This document shows, in pieces, positions 9,805 through 19,710 of a stretch of DNA of 64,000 nucleotides. The position numbers and the translations under genes are program-made. This DNA is from a virus (Duplodnaviria; Caudoviricetes): the IMG/VR virus record IMGVR_UViG_3300020042_013351, positions 16,890 to 80,889 of that record; one strand, 5' to 3'. Position 1 is the first letter of the stretch, and each line of letters begins with the position of its first letter. Below the pieces are notes generated by a model that did not search any database, was not told the origin of the DNA, and saw only the letters and a program-made list of their open reading frames with translations.

Positions 9805-10025
9805 TGTTGTTAATTTATGAGTTTATATATAAAACTCAACTATTGCATTGCTTTTGCAATTAAAGTAGCACAACGGTACAAACTTGCTTCCAATTGCATG
9901 ATGGTTCTTTCATTGGTTGATTTAATAGGTAACTTATTCATATAATCTACATAAAAGAATGCATTCTGTGCAGACACATTCAAAAGTGATAAATTGCTTG
10001 CTGTCATTTGATTGTGTGTATTTAA

Positions 10026-11348
10026 TCAATGTGCTAACATGCGTAATGAATTTGCTGCATCCTCAGAATCCTGAGTCATGCTGTTGAGCTGTTCATCTTC
10101 ACTCAATGTCAAAGTAGAATAATCAATCCTAAATGCATTGCTGCCAGAGTTGATGCCAAAACGATTTTTAAGCAATGATGTACGCATGATGCCCAGCTCT
10201 TTGTCACCATCTCCTTGCCACAAGCTTCCTACAAAGTCAGATGTAGCTCCTAATGCATAACTTTCGCTGACTGTTGTCAGGTCAGGTTCATTGACATTGG
10301 TGCCACTTCGGTTGGTTTGTGTAACAGTGACCAATGGACAGTTGAATGCATAAGTCATTGCTCGAGTTTCTTCTGCAATGTATTTGATGCGTTCATAACT
10401 GTTGTTGCCTTTGGTGGTGGTCAACAGATTCAAGTAATCCAACACAATCAAATCAATCTTGATGTTGCGTTTTTGCAATTTGCGCAAATACACTTCAATG
10501 GCTCTGGGAGTCATGGTACTGGGCGGAAACTCTTTGATAAACACCTTGCAGTTGCTGTTGAATTCTTTGAGGTTATCCATTTGTGCGCGCACAATGTCAA
10601 TGTCTCTGGCAAGTGAATTGATACCCACCTTGGTTAAGTTGGCAGTCAGTCGTTTGGCATACATGGTCTCAGACATTTCAAGAGAAATGACTACTACATT
10701 CTTTCCTTGCAGCGCCACATTGCATGCAATGTTGCCTAGAATGATGCTTTTGCCAATGTTGGTCTGTCCTGCAAATACATACATGGCACGGCCATTTCTT
10801 TGCAGCCCTCCTCCTAGCTTTTCATCCAACCACTTGAAGCCAGTGGGTATGGTTGGCTCTGGATTCATCAACTCTTGCTCAACTTTGCTGAAGTCTTTGA
10901 GCAAATCCAATCCTAAATCTGGAATCAAACTCACATTGCATGATTTTTCAAACTTGTCCAGAATCAAGCTGGTATCAATGTTGCCTGCTCCAACATCCTG
11001 GGCTACAGCCATCATTGCTTCATAGATGCCTCGTTCTTTCAAAAACCGTTCTGTATTTTCATACAATTCTTCTCTGTTGAGAGCTTTGTCTATGCTGGAA
11101 ATGCTGTTGACTGCATTTTTAAACTTCTGTTTGTCAGAGTCTGTTGACAAATAACTTTTGATTTCAGTAGTTGTAGGAATGCTTTTGCGTTTTTCATAAA
11201 AGCTGCATACAATCTCAAATACAAGTCTCAAGTTTGCATCTGAGAAGTATGAGGGCTTGACATAATCAATGACACTTGCCAAGTACTCATCATCTGTAAT
11301 GCTTTTGAAAGCAATTACCTTCTCCATCCAATCTAAGTCCAATTTCAT
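10026..11348 (-). CDS. replicative DNA helicase (T4 gp41, DnaB-like)
   Basis: Walker A AGQTNIGKS; SLEMSE, LDYLNL, QTNRSG, LKNRFG; start moved to MKLDLDW. Confidence 0.93.
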   Translation of the reverse strand: MKLDLDWMEKVIAFKSITDDEYLASVIDYVKPSYFSDANLRLVFEIVCSFYEKRKSIPTTTEIKSYLSTDSDKQKFKNAVNSISSIDKALNREELYENTERFLKERGIYEAMMAVAQDVGAGNIDTSLILDKFEKSCNVSLIPDLGLDLLKDFSKVEQELMNPEPTIPTGFKWLDEKLGGGLQRNGRAMYVFAGQTNIGKSIILGNIACNVALQGKNVVVISLEMSETMYAKRLTANLTKVGINSLARDIDIVRAQMDNLKEFNSNCKVFIKEFPPSTMTPRAIEVYLRKLQKRNIKIDLIVLDYLNLLTTTKGNNSYERIKYIAEETRAMTYAFNCPLVTVTQTNRSGTNVNEPDLTTVSESYALGATSDFVGSLWQGDGDKELGIMRTSLLKNRFGINSGSNAFRIDYSTLTLSEDEQLNSMTQDSEDAANSLRMLAH

Positions 11349-11358
11349 ATGTATATTA

Positions 11359-12039
11359 TTATTGCTGAAAGTACAATTGCAAAAACTTTTTATTGCTTGC
11401 AGACCACTTGTCATCATCCAAGCTCAATAAACCAGGTGATTGATGAAATACATTGATGGGATACACTCCAACTCTCATGCCACATTTGTTAGCATCAATG
11501 CAAGATGCAATGTCATAATGATGAAAGTCAAAATTTTCATTCCACTGCCAATTCTTTTGCATTGCTGCTGCAACATTGACTGCTACAAACAAGCCATCCA
11601 CAATTGCTACTCTTGCAGGTGTTGTTCCAAACCCTGTCATAAATTTAAAACCATCATGCGACAAATGTCCTGCATATCCTCTTTGATGTTCTCTTTTGCT
11701 CATGATGTGCCACAATGCAGGGTGCTGAATGGTAGGATTGAGTCCTCCTGCAAGGCCAACAATGTCATAATTCAAGTTGTTCATAGCATCATCCAGCTTG
11801 CTGTCCAACAAAGCATCATCCAATGCAACATCATCATGAACGTATACAATGCGCTTATAACTTTTTGCATAGTCTTTGAATGCTGCATTGTACATTTTGC
11901 TGAGACCCACTTGATTGTCACAATACCATTGAGTATCAAAGTCTGCTAATGTTTGTATTTTGCACAAGCTTTGATGCAGCAATGTGTCTTGAGAATGCTT
12001 TTTTGTAGTGCAGCTTACTATCAATGTTGTCGTTTGCAT
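11359..12039 (-). CDS. glycosyltransferase, GT-A fold
   Basis: GLSKMYN, YVHDDV (DxD), DGLFVAV, FHHYDI, HQSPG. Confidence 0.75.
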   Translation of the reverse strand: MQTTTLIVSCTTKKHSQDTLLHQSLCKIQTLADFDTQWYCDNQVGLSKMYNAAFKDYAKSYKRIVYVHDDVALDDALLDSKLDDAMNNLNYDIVGLAGGLNPTIQHPALWHIMSKREHQRGYAGHLSHDGFKFMTGFGTTPARVAIVDGLFVAVNVAAAMQKNWQWNENFDFHHYDIASCIDANKCGMRVGVYPINVFHQSPGLLSLDDDKWSASNKKFLQLYFQQ

Positions 12040-12049
12040 AAATAAAATT

Positions 12050-12403
12050 ATGATTATTTCTGATGTTGTGACTCGTTTGTTGTATTTGTTGATGCAAGTA
12101 CGTATTTTTCATTGGCAAACCACATCTTTTGCACAGCATGAAGCTTTTGGTAAATTTTACGATTCAGTGAATGCATTGTTGGATGAATTTGTAGAAGCAT
12201 TTCAAGGACGATATGAGCGAATCATGTACAATGACTCCATTGTATTAAAAAACATGGATGAAGTTGATGTAAATGTAACATTGGACAGAGTTGTTGACAT
12301 TTTGGTCAATGAGATGGATTTAGATGATACTGATTTGCTCAACATACGTGATGAAATCTTGGGTGCAGTCAACAAACTCAAGTATCTTCTGACTCTGCAA
12401 TGA
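12050..12403 (+). CDS. ferritin-like four-helix protein (DUF5856-like)
   Basis: HWQTTSFAQHEAFGKFYD...DEFVEAFQG...NIRDEILGAVNKLKYLLTL; TAAATA-N5-ATG fixes the start at 12050. Confidence 0.7.
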   Translation: MIISDVVTRLLYLLMQVRIFHWQTTSFAQHEAFGKFYDSVNALLDEFVEAFQGRYERIMYNDSIVLKNMDEVDVNVTLDRVVDILVNEMDLDDTDLLNIRDEILGAVNKLKYLLTLQ

Positions 12404-13073
12404 ACAAAAATGGGGAATCTGCTGTAAACTTTTCAATGGGTACAATGTTTTTCTCTGCAACATCTATTTTGTAAATGCATCCTTCCCCAAGTTCGCACCA
12501 CTCTTTGTTTTTGCAAGGCACAGAACAGAAACAACCAGTGCTCATGTTGGCAAAGATGGTGCTGCCTTGACGACCTAAAAATACTTGTTTAGATTTTTTG
12601 TGAACAATCCACAGTCCAAAGGTTCCTTTGAGTTCACTCAATGTATTTTTGATGCATGATACAACGGTTTGCTGATCTTGCTGTTCATACATATGCAACA
12701 ATGCTGGAATTACTGCAGTATCAACATTGCTCTGCACTTGTAAATTGTACTTTTCAATGAGCTGCTCTGCATTGGTAAGAACACCATTGTGTGCAACAAT
12801 CCAATTGTCATATACAAATGGATGTGCATCAGAGTCTTTCCATTTTCTGATGCTGCTGGTGGGCGCCTGGCAATGCCCCAAATGCAATTTGTTGATGTTT
12901 ACATCTTTGATGTCATCAACCTTGGGATGTTTATCAAATCTTTGTATATGAAAAGGCGTATTTTTGTCTCTGGTCAAAAAGCAATGACCATACGCAAATT
13001 TGCCACGTTGTTGAGATGCTTCGTACAAGACATCATACATACTTTTGCTAAAGGCACCCAGAATTCCACACAT
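12378..13073 (-). CDS. class II (Ntn) glutamine amidotransferase, stand-alone
   Basis: N-terminal MCGILG; HCQAPT, AHPF, VAHNGVLTN, VDTAVI motifs. Confidence 0.85.
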   Translation of the reverse strand: MCGILGAFSKSMYDVLYEASQQRGKFAYGHCFLTRDKNTPFHIQRFDKHPKVDDIKDVNINKLHLGHCQAPTSSIRKWKDSDAHPFVYDNWIVAHNGVLTNAEQLIEKYNLQVQSNVDTAVIPALLHMYEQQDQQTVVSCIKNTLSELKGTFGLWIVHKKSKQVFLGRQGSTIFANMSTGCFCSVPCKNKEWCELGEGCIYKIDVAEKNIVPIEKFTADSPFLFIAESEDT

Positions 13074-13128
13074 TGTAATTCAATATAATGCATGCATTAA
13101 AAAAATCAACATTTTACTAAATATACAC

Positions 13129-14019
13129 ATGAGTATTCTTAAACGTCCAGGATGGAACAATGTTATCAATGAAATGGCTGATGCCAAAGCATTTGGCTTG
13201 ACTGCCAAGCAAAAGAAAGTGGAACAAGGCACAGCATACAGAGTAGTTCGCATGCTGTTGGCTGATTTTCTCAAGACCAATGGATTGATTCCCAAAGAAG
13301 TACGCACTGTTACTGCTGCTGAAGTCAACAACATCATTGCAGAATTGGGTGATGATGCAGTGACACAAGATGTATTGGGTGCATGGGAACAATATGCTGA
13401 TCAACAACTGGGCAGCAATGCAACTGCAGAAGTACAGCAGGAGGTTGATGCAGTAGCACAAGAGATTGAAGATGCTGCACAAGGACAACTGGCAACAGGT
13501 GCACGTGAAGCTGGAGGACACACCAGCAGATTCATTCAAGACATGCAAGACAAGATTAAAAGTGTAGAAGAGTTTCTTGCTGTTACACAATTTCCTAAAG
13601 GTTTCAGACACATGGAACCCAGCGGCATGGGCATGGATACTGACCACCAATATGTCAACCAAACAGGTGGTGGCAAAGCAATTCGTGTGCTCTCCAAGGC
13701 TCCATTGCGCTCCAAAGCTGATTTGAGATCATCTCAAGTTGTATTTCAAGATGGTTCTGAAGAATACAACATCTCATTTGATCAGAATGGCAAATCCAAG
13801 TCACAATCTGTACTGTATACAGGTGAAAATGAAGAAAGCGGCAAAGAATGTGGTTGTCCAGCAGATGAAGATTGTGAACACATGCAAACTCGCTACTCAT
13901 CAGATGTTTATGTGCCTGAAAGTCGCAAGTTGTCTCTTAAAAAGCAGACTGTATTAGCTGAACAAGCCAGAGTACAACGCTATCAGCATTTGCTGCGCAT
14001 GGAGCAACGTTACATGTAA
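13129..14019 (+). CDS. hypothetical late protein
   Basis: TAAATA-N5-ATG at 13129; long ORF. Confidence 0.65.
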   Translation: MSILKRPGWNNVINEMADAKAFGLTAKQKKVEQGTAYRVVRMLLADFLKTNGLIPKEVRTVTAAEVNNIIAELGDDAVTQDVLGAWEQYADQQLGSNATAEVQQEVDAVAQEIEDAAQGQLATGAREAGGHTSRFIQDMQDKIKSVEEFLAVTQFPKGFRHMEPSGMGMDTDHQYVNQTGGGKAIRVLSKAPLRSKADLRSSQVVFQDGSEEYNISFDQNGKSKSQSVLYTGENEESGKECGCPADEDCEHMQTRYSSDVYVPESRKLSLKKQTVLAEQARVQRYQHLLRMEQRYM

Positions 14020-14125
14020 TGCATCACATCATGCTACTCTATTGATAATAGTCAAACTTTGATCAAAATCACAGAGCAACAATGAATGAAATGAATAAAG
14101 AACAAGATCTTTTGAATTTGTATAA

Positions 14126-14299
14126 ATGACACTCACATTAAGTCAGAAATATAGATATGTACGAGAAATTGAGCATAATGCCCAGAGTTTGCATAGTTTA
14201 CTTGTAAGCATTAAATCTGGTTCTGTAACATATTCAATGCGTCATACATTGTTTCTACTGCAAGAAATTCAGCAATATATGAAGTATTTTTTCAAATGA
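14126..14299 (+). CDS. small hypothetical protein (57 aa, below ORF-track cutoff), paralogue of 14296-14481
   Basis: My translation: MTLTLSQKYRYVREIEHNAQSLH...YSMRHTLFLLQEIQQYMKYFFK; ATGA overlap with the next ORF. Confidence 0.6.
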   Translation: MTLTLSQKYRYVREIEHNAQSLHSLLVSIKSGSVTYSMRHTLFLLQEIQQYMKYFFK

Positions 14300-14481
14300 G
14301 ACTTTCTGTATTTCAAAAAAGTAGATATGCATATGAACTTGACCATCATGCCACGCGCATGCACGTTGAACTTTCATACAGCAACAGCAAGGACAGTGAT
14401 GGTACGCTGCCTTATCAGATGAGGTTTTTGCTATCTGAGTTGAGTTACATTCAACGATTCATAGGCTATTTCATCAAATGA
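14296..14481 (+). CDS. small hypothetical protein (61 aa)
   Basis: ORF track; aligns by eye to 14126-14299. Confidence 0.6.
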   Translation: MRLSVFQKSRYAYELDHHATRMHVELSYSNSKDSDGTLPYQMRFLLSELSYIQRFIGYFIK

Positions 14482-14548
14482 AAATTACACCCAGACAAAG
14501 AGAAATAAGAGCAAAAAATCTTGCATGGAGTGTAAAAAGATTGTCCTA

Positions 14549-15301
14549 TCACTGGACGTCGGTGATGTCCTTGCATTGGTGCTGCTGATACAATGCATCA
14601 ATTTGCTTCTGCTGTTTATATTTGATGGGATCTTTGTAGCCTGCTTTGAGGAAACCCTGAATGCGCAAACTGCTGCTGGGAGTTGTTGCGTCTGCAAGCT
14701 CTTCGCCTGAGTAACAAGTGTATGTCTTAGCAAATGGTACATGCAGTGATACTCCCATTCTCACAATGTCTGCCTTGTCGCAATTGATCAATGGAGCCAC
14801 AACACTGATTGCATTTTCTCTGTTGAGAGAACAAAGGCCATTGAGTGATGGCAAGAATTCTTTTGAAGCATCCCAATAACCAGCCAGTGAATCAACTGCA
14901 GTTGCACCATGCCACACTTGCTCTGCACCTACAGCTTCAGCATGCGACAATGCAATGCTCAAAAACATCAAATTGCGAAATGGTACATAACTCTTGGGCT
15001 GAGCTTCTCCTGCAATTTTTCTGATGTCAGGAGTTTCAATGTCATCATTGGTGAGAGATGAAGTTGGTGCAAGGTGGCGAATGAATGATGCATCTACATT
15101 TTTCAAAAACACTGGCTTGTTGCTTTTGTATTTTGCATCTGCATACAACCACCCTGCACACTGCAACTCTCTGCTGTGCCTCTGTCCATAATCAAAAGTG
15201 ATGCAATGCACTTCATCTATTTCTGCGTCGTTGACTGCTTTATACAGCAACACTGCGCTATCAACGCCACCAGACAGAGGAACAACAATTTTCATATTCA
15301 A
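14549..15301 (-). CDS. queC: 7-cyano-7-deazaguanine synthase
   Basis: LSGGVDS, FDYGQRH, YVPFRNLMFLS, TYTCY motifs. Confidence 0.93.
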   Translation of the reverse strand: MNMKIVVPLSGGVDSAVLLYKAVNDAEIDEVHCITFDYGQRHSRELQCAGWLYADAKYKSNKPVFLKNVDASFIRHLAPTSSLTNDDIETPDIRKIAGEAQPKSYVPFRNLMFLSIALSHAEAVGAEQVWHGATAVDSLAGYWDASKEFLPSLNGLCSLNRENAISVVAPLINCDKADIVRMGVSLHVPFAKTYTCYSGEELADATTPSSSLRIQGFLKAGYKDPIKYKQQKQIDALYQQHQCKDITDVQ

Positions 15302-15549
15302 ATACTACACTCATCCAACAATTGTTCCAGCTTATTTTTGCTCTGAATGCCAGAAACTCTGGTGACCTCTTTGTTGTCTTTGAAGAATATGATGGTAGGC
15401 ACTGCAGTAACCTTGAAAGGTATTTCATTGTTGGCATCCAAAAACTCATTTTCAATTTCTGGATGTTCACTGAAAAATTTCTCAATGATTGGCTTGAACA
15501 TTTTGCATGGACCACATGTACTTGTACTTACATAGTAAATTTTAATCAT
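15298..15549 (-). CDS. thioredoxin
   Basis: CGPC active site, VPTIIFFKD; start moved to MIKIYY. Confidence 0.88.
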   Translation of the reverse strand: MIKIYYVSTSTCGPCKMFKPIIEKFFSEHPEIENEFLDANNEIPFKVTAVPTIIFFKDNKEVTRVSGIQSKNKLEQLLDECSI

Positions 15550-16651
15550 TGTGTTCAATCTCCACTCCTTCTTCTGGAACATCTTCTTCAACTTTGTTGC
15601 CATAAGCCCATTCAATTTTCATTTTTTCTTCCAACTTGGGCAAAATGGTCTCTTCCCACAATTTGGTATCTTTGCGCCAATTTTTAGCATACCCCAATTT
15701 GGTACCATCAGCCAATGCATATGTTGCGCCATTTTGAATGATGATGCCCATGCCAACTGCCATGTCCAGCAATCCATAGTAACGATCCAATCCAGTTGAG
15801 AAACTCAAATACATTTCACATTCCAAATATTGTTTGATGAATCTGTTTTTTCTGGTGAGTGCTCTGATGATGATGCCACCATAATTGCGCTGACCAACTG
15901 CCAACTCATTGTTGTCAACTGTCTTGCCTCCATCATCTTTCAAAGGCTTGCGAGCCAACTGAACTGTGACAGATGGCAAATACACAACAGACTTGCCACC
16001 AGGCATATTTTTTTCAATGCTGGGATACATGGCTGTAGGATCATCATACACATGATTGGTGATGACAAATGTTGTACGTGTAACAGCACCCAAATTAGTG
16101 CATGTCTGCAGCAGTGATTTGATGGCACGGGCTTTGGTTCCCATGTCACTGCTGGTACTCTCTTTGTCCATGCGAGCCAGCTCCAGTTCAGATTGCAAAT
16201 TGCCCAATGAGTCAATGGCTACAATGAACTTGCCTTCCAAGCCTTTTTCTTTGATGCTGGTCAAAAACTTGTACACAGCATTGCGAGTCTGTTCAATGCT
16301 GATGCATGGCACATATTTTACTTTGCTGATGTCCAATCCCAATCTTGTAGCACCAGTTGGATCAATGGCTGACTCTGTGTCAAAAATGACAGGATACAAT
16401 CCCATTTTTTGAGCATTGGCCAAAATCTTCTGCACAAACAAACTTTTGCCAGTCATAGACTCTCCTGCAATCATGGTCACTCGCCCTTTGGGAATACCAC
16501 CATTGCGTGAACCTGATATGATGCTGTTGAGTACATATGATCCAGTATCAATCCACTCGCTTACAGTACTCAATGTATTGTTGCTGAGATAAGTTGCATA
16601 AGGATTAACTTCGTTGATGCTGTCAAGTGCAGCTGTAATGTCTTTGTCCAT
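15542..16651 (-). CDS. uvsX: RecA-like recombinase UvsX
   Basis: IDTGSYVLN, AGESMTGKS, FDTESA, IDSLGNL, TNHVY, PGGKS motifs. Confidence 0.93.
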   Translation of the reverse strand: MDKDITAALDSINEVNPYATYLSNNTLSTVSEWIDTGSYVLNSIISGSRNGGIPKGRVTMIAGESMTGKSLFVQKILANAQKMGLYPVIFDTESAIDPTGATRLGLDISKVKYVPCISIEQTRNAVYKFLTSIKEKGLEGKFIVAIDSLGNLQSELELARMDKESTSSDMGTKARAIKSLLQTCTNLGAVTRTTFVITNHVYDDPTAMYPSIEKNMPGGKSVVYLPSVTVQLARKPLKDDGGKTVDNNELAVGQRNYGGIIIRALTRKNRFIKQYLECEMYLSFSTGLDRYYGLLDMAVGMGIIIQNGATYALADGTKLGYAKNWRKDTKLWEETILPKLEEKMKIEWAYGNKVEEDVPEEGVEIEHND

Positions 16652-16737
16652 GTAACTATTTACAGCAAATTTGTTAAAAATCTACATAAAAAAAGATCAC
16701 ATTTATGTGATCTTTCTTCTTGAATCTCAATGATTTA

Positions 16738-17088
16738 CTACTCATCAAAAAGTTTAATAACTTCTGGTGTGCCAGGAGTAATAATTGGACTTGGATTGAA
16801 GATTCTGGTGTATTGGCTGATGAGCTTTTCATCCAATTCAATGCTGGTTGCAAAGGCATTGCTGGCCTTGGCAAAGCTCCAAACTGTGCCTTGCTTCTTG
16901 CTCTCTGCAGACAACAATTCATTGAAAATCATAGGAAACAATTGCACATTGAGTTGTCCGTTTTGTGTAGGTTGAATAAACAGTGTTGCAGGATTTATGA
17001 GCTGAAAGTCATTAACTGTTTCACCTGCCAGTTCTCCCAAGATGATGCTTCCTGATGCGTCTTTAATTGCTGTAATAGTTGGTTTCAT
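16738..17088 (-). CDS. hypothetical protein (beta-rich)
   Basis: 116-aa ORF between gp43 and uvsX with a promoter-like upstream region. Confidence 0.6.
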   Translation of the reverse strand: MKPTITAIKDASGSIILGELAGETVNDFQLINPATLFIQPTQNGQLNVQLFPMIFNELLSAESKKQGTVWSFAKASNAFATSIELDEKLISQYTRIFNPSPIITPGTPEVIKLFDE

Positions 17089-17118
17089 ATGTATAAGTTA
17101 TACTATGTTTTATAAAGT

Positions 17119-19668
17119 TCAAGCAAATAAATCCAACAAATCACTTTTTACTTGTTCATTGGGTTTATGCGCTGACCACTTGACAGCTGCATAAAATCTC
17201 TCTACAACACTCAACACAATTTTTTCAAACATTTTCTCATAGTCAGGTTCAAATGCTTCAACAAACTCTTGAGGGTAATAATATTTGAATGCAATGCTTT
17301 GCATGTTGTATTTGTTGGGATGCTTGATGTACATCCATCTTACTTTGTCTCCACTCTGCAACACTTCATATTTGTTTTCAATGTTGAGCTTTTTGATGAG
17401 TGTATTGTAACCATGCGCCGATTTGACATGCACTGGTGTACCTTTGGGCATGCTCATGTCTCTGCTCTTGCTGGCAAATTTATCATAATCACTCATGCCA
17501 CTGGTGTATGCCAACTCCTCTGGCTTGAGACTTTTGAATACATCATAAGCTTCATTGACAACATCATTGGTTGTTTTGCGGTTTTGAGACACCATCATGG
17601 TCTCAATGATCTTCTTGACATATGGTTTGATGGCCTTGGGCATTGTTGTTCTCACAACATCAACGCCTACATATTTCCATTTGTCACACTCAATGCCTTC
17701 ATCATCCACCACATGCGCAACATATCGCTTTTTTTCCAAGAACAATCCCTTGTCAATGATGGCTTCACGTTTGAATTCAATGCGGGGATCATGACTGTTG
17801 AGTGCATCTTTCATCCATGCTTTGATTTTATCATTCAAGTAGTCATTGAACTGCTCAATGATTGCATGAGCACCAGCTGTTACTTTGCCATGCTCCATGA
17901 GATTGATGTTGCGTGCTCTTAATAATGGAGCAACAGAGAAATATGCTGAGTCTGTATCACCTGCTACAGCAATGTCTTCAAAATCATTGTGACCAATGAT
18001 GCTTTGAGCAAAGTCTCTACCATAAGTTCGTGCTGCTTTGATGACTGACTGGCCAGTCAATGTAATACTAGCAGCAATGTCATCATCACCAATGGGAGCA
18101 TTTTTATTGCCCATGTATCCATATACACTGTTGATGAAAATCTTGATGCACAATTGCTTGGCATTGAGCTGCACAATTTTATCTTTGGTGTCACCATCAG
18201 ACTTGCCTCCTTTCTTAAGCAGCTGCATCTCTTTGCGAATCTTGACACGCTCTTGATAATAATGGTCAACAATCTCTGGCAAAATACCTTTGTGCTTTTG
18301 CGTAAACAGTACTTTGGCTTTAGAGATTGCTATTTGCTCATCTTTGACAAACTGACCAAACTTGGCATGACTCAGCTTGAATGTTGATCCACTGCAATGC
18401 TGCACAGTAACATTGTCATCATCTTTGTCAATGATTTTACCAATTTTAGTCTCTGGTGACATGTTGAGACTGATCATGATGTTGGGATACAGAGAGTTGG
18501 CATCAAATGATACAACATCCTTTTGAAACCCTTCCAATGGCTCTGCAACAAATGCACCTGGGTTCTTCTCATCACTGCCTTGGCGGATGAATGTTGGCAG
18601 AAACTGCTGACGCAATCGAGCTTTGATGGCTGCAGTTCCAGTGATGGTGGACAATGTACTCATGGCATTTTCCATGGTGGTCAATCCCATGTATGACAGC
18701 ATGCGCAGCAGTTCAACAAATTGCAATTTTGCATCCATTTTGACCAGCAGATTAACATCTTGAATATTGTAATCCACAAACAGCTGCCAATTTTCTTTGG
18801 ATAAGCTGGCAAGGTTGGTATTGCCGTAATCAATTTTCTTCTCACCCAGTTCCAATTCTGCAATGAAATTGAGTTTGTAACTCTCACGATTGACAAAGCT
18901 GAATCGTTTGTAAATGTCAATGTAATCTACACAAGAAATGCCATCAATGTACCATCTGATTTCTTCTTTGCCAAACATACCACTGCGCAATGTTCTGCAA
19001 TGCACTCTTTGAACAGGTGACAGTTGCTTGATGTATTCTTCACCCAGCGTGTTGGTGATGCGATTGATGATGTATGGAATATCAAAGCCTGATGAATTCC
19101 ATCCAGTCAATAAATCTGGAGCATTGCTTTCAAAATAGGCAATGAATTCCATCAGCAAATGCTTTTCACTTCTGCAATACTTGTATACAACATCAGCATT
19201 GCTGTTTTTATAAGGTGCAGTGCCCCATGAATAAAACTTTTGATCAATGCTGTCATGAACAGTAATGACATTGATGGGATGCTGCGCTAATTCAGCTTTG
19301 GGAAACACATCTGGACTGTATACCTCAATGTCCAAAAACATGGTGCGGATAGGATGATGTTGAAACTCTTCTGTTTCATTGTATTTGCCATATGCATCAA
19401 CTAAAAACTGCTGCACTGGTGCAAGATTCTCAAATACTCGACGAGTACCACACTCTTTGAGGAACTTGTAACGCTCATACTGCGTCTTGAAAGTCTTTTT
19501 GCGCAACTTGGTATTGAAGATGCTGACGTCACTGCCAGTACGATCTTCCAACATGATGTATGGATTGTATGAACTAGTGAAGCTGACTCTGTTGCCTTGT
19601 TTATCCCAGGAGAAAATCTTGATGCATTCTTCTTGCGGTATGTATACTGCGTTTCTATAGCCAATCAT
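17119..19668 (-). CDS. family B DNA polymerase (T4 gp43-like)
   Basis: Exonuclease motifs LDIE, GWNSSGFD, YNIQD; polymerase motifs SFDANSLYP, KIFINSVYG, GDTDS. Confidence 0.97.
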   Translation of the reverse strand: MIGYRNAVYIPQEECIKIFSWDKQGNRVSFTSSYNPYIMLEDRTGSDVSIFNTKLRKKTFKTQYERYKFLKECGTRRVFENLAPVQQFLVDAYGKYNETEEFQHHPIRTMFLDIEVYSPDVFPKAELAQHPINVITVHDSIDQKFYSWGTAPYKNSNADVVYKYCRSEKHLLMEFIAYFESNAPDLLTGWNSSGFDIPYIINRITNTLGEEYIKQLSPVQRVHCRTLRSGMFGKEEIRWYIDGISCVDYIDIYKRFSFVNRESYKLNFIAELELGEKKIDYGNTNLASLSKENWQLFVDYNIQDVNLLVKMDAKLQFVELLRMLSYMGLTTMENAMSTLSTITGTAAIKARLRQQFLPTFIRQGSDEKNPGAFVAEPLEGFQKDVVSFDANSLYPNIMISLNMSPETKIGKIIDKDDDNVTVQHCSGSTFKLSHAKFGQFVKDEQIAISKAKVLFTQKHKGILPEIVDHYYQERVKIRKEMQLLKKGGKSDGDTKDKIVQLNAKQLCIKIFINSVYGYMGNKNAPIGDDDIAASITLTGQSVIKAARTYGRDFAQSIIGHNDFEDIAVAGDTDSAYFSVAPLLRARNINLMEHGKVTAGAHAIIEQFNDYLNDKIKAWMKDALNSHDPRIEFKREAIIDKGLFLEKKRYVAHVVDDEGIECDKWKYVGVDVVRTTMPKAIKPYVKKIIETMMVSQNRKTTNDVVNEAYDVFKSLKPEELAYTSGMSDYDKFASKSRDMSMPKGTPVHVKSAHGYNTLIKKLNIENKYEVLQSGDKVRWMYIKHPNKYNMQSIAFKYYYPQEFVEAFEPDYEKMFEKIVLSVVERFYAAVKWSAHKPNEQVKSDLLDLFA

Positions 19669-19710
19669 GCATATACAATAGCTTGTTCTTGCATGTTTTC
19701 AACATCAATT

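Noticed and set aside
9830-10010. Possible 55-aa minus-strand ORF between gp41 and the DHH gene
   Set aside because: Short, with no motif or clear start signal; the region may just hold the DHH promoter.
17900-18000. Polymerase motif C reads AGDTDS instead of YGDTDS, suggesting adaptation to modified bases
   Set aside because: As I recall, T4 gp43 itself has AGDTDS, so this is not diagnostic.
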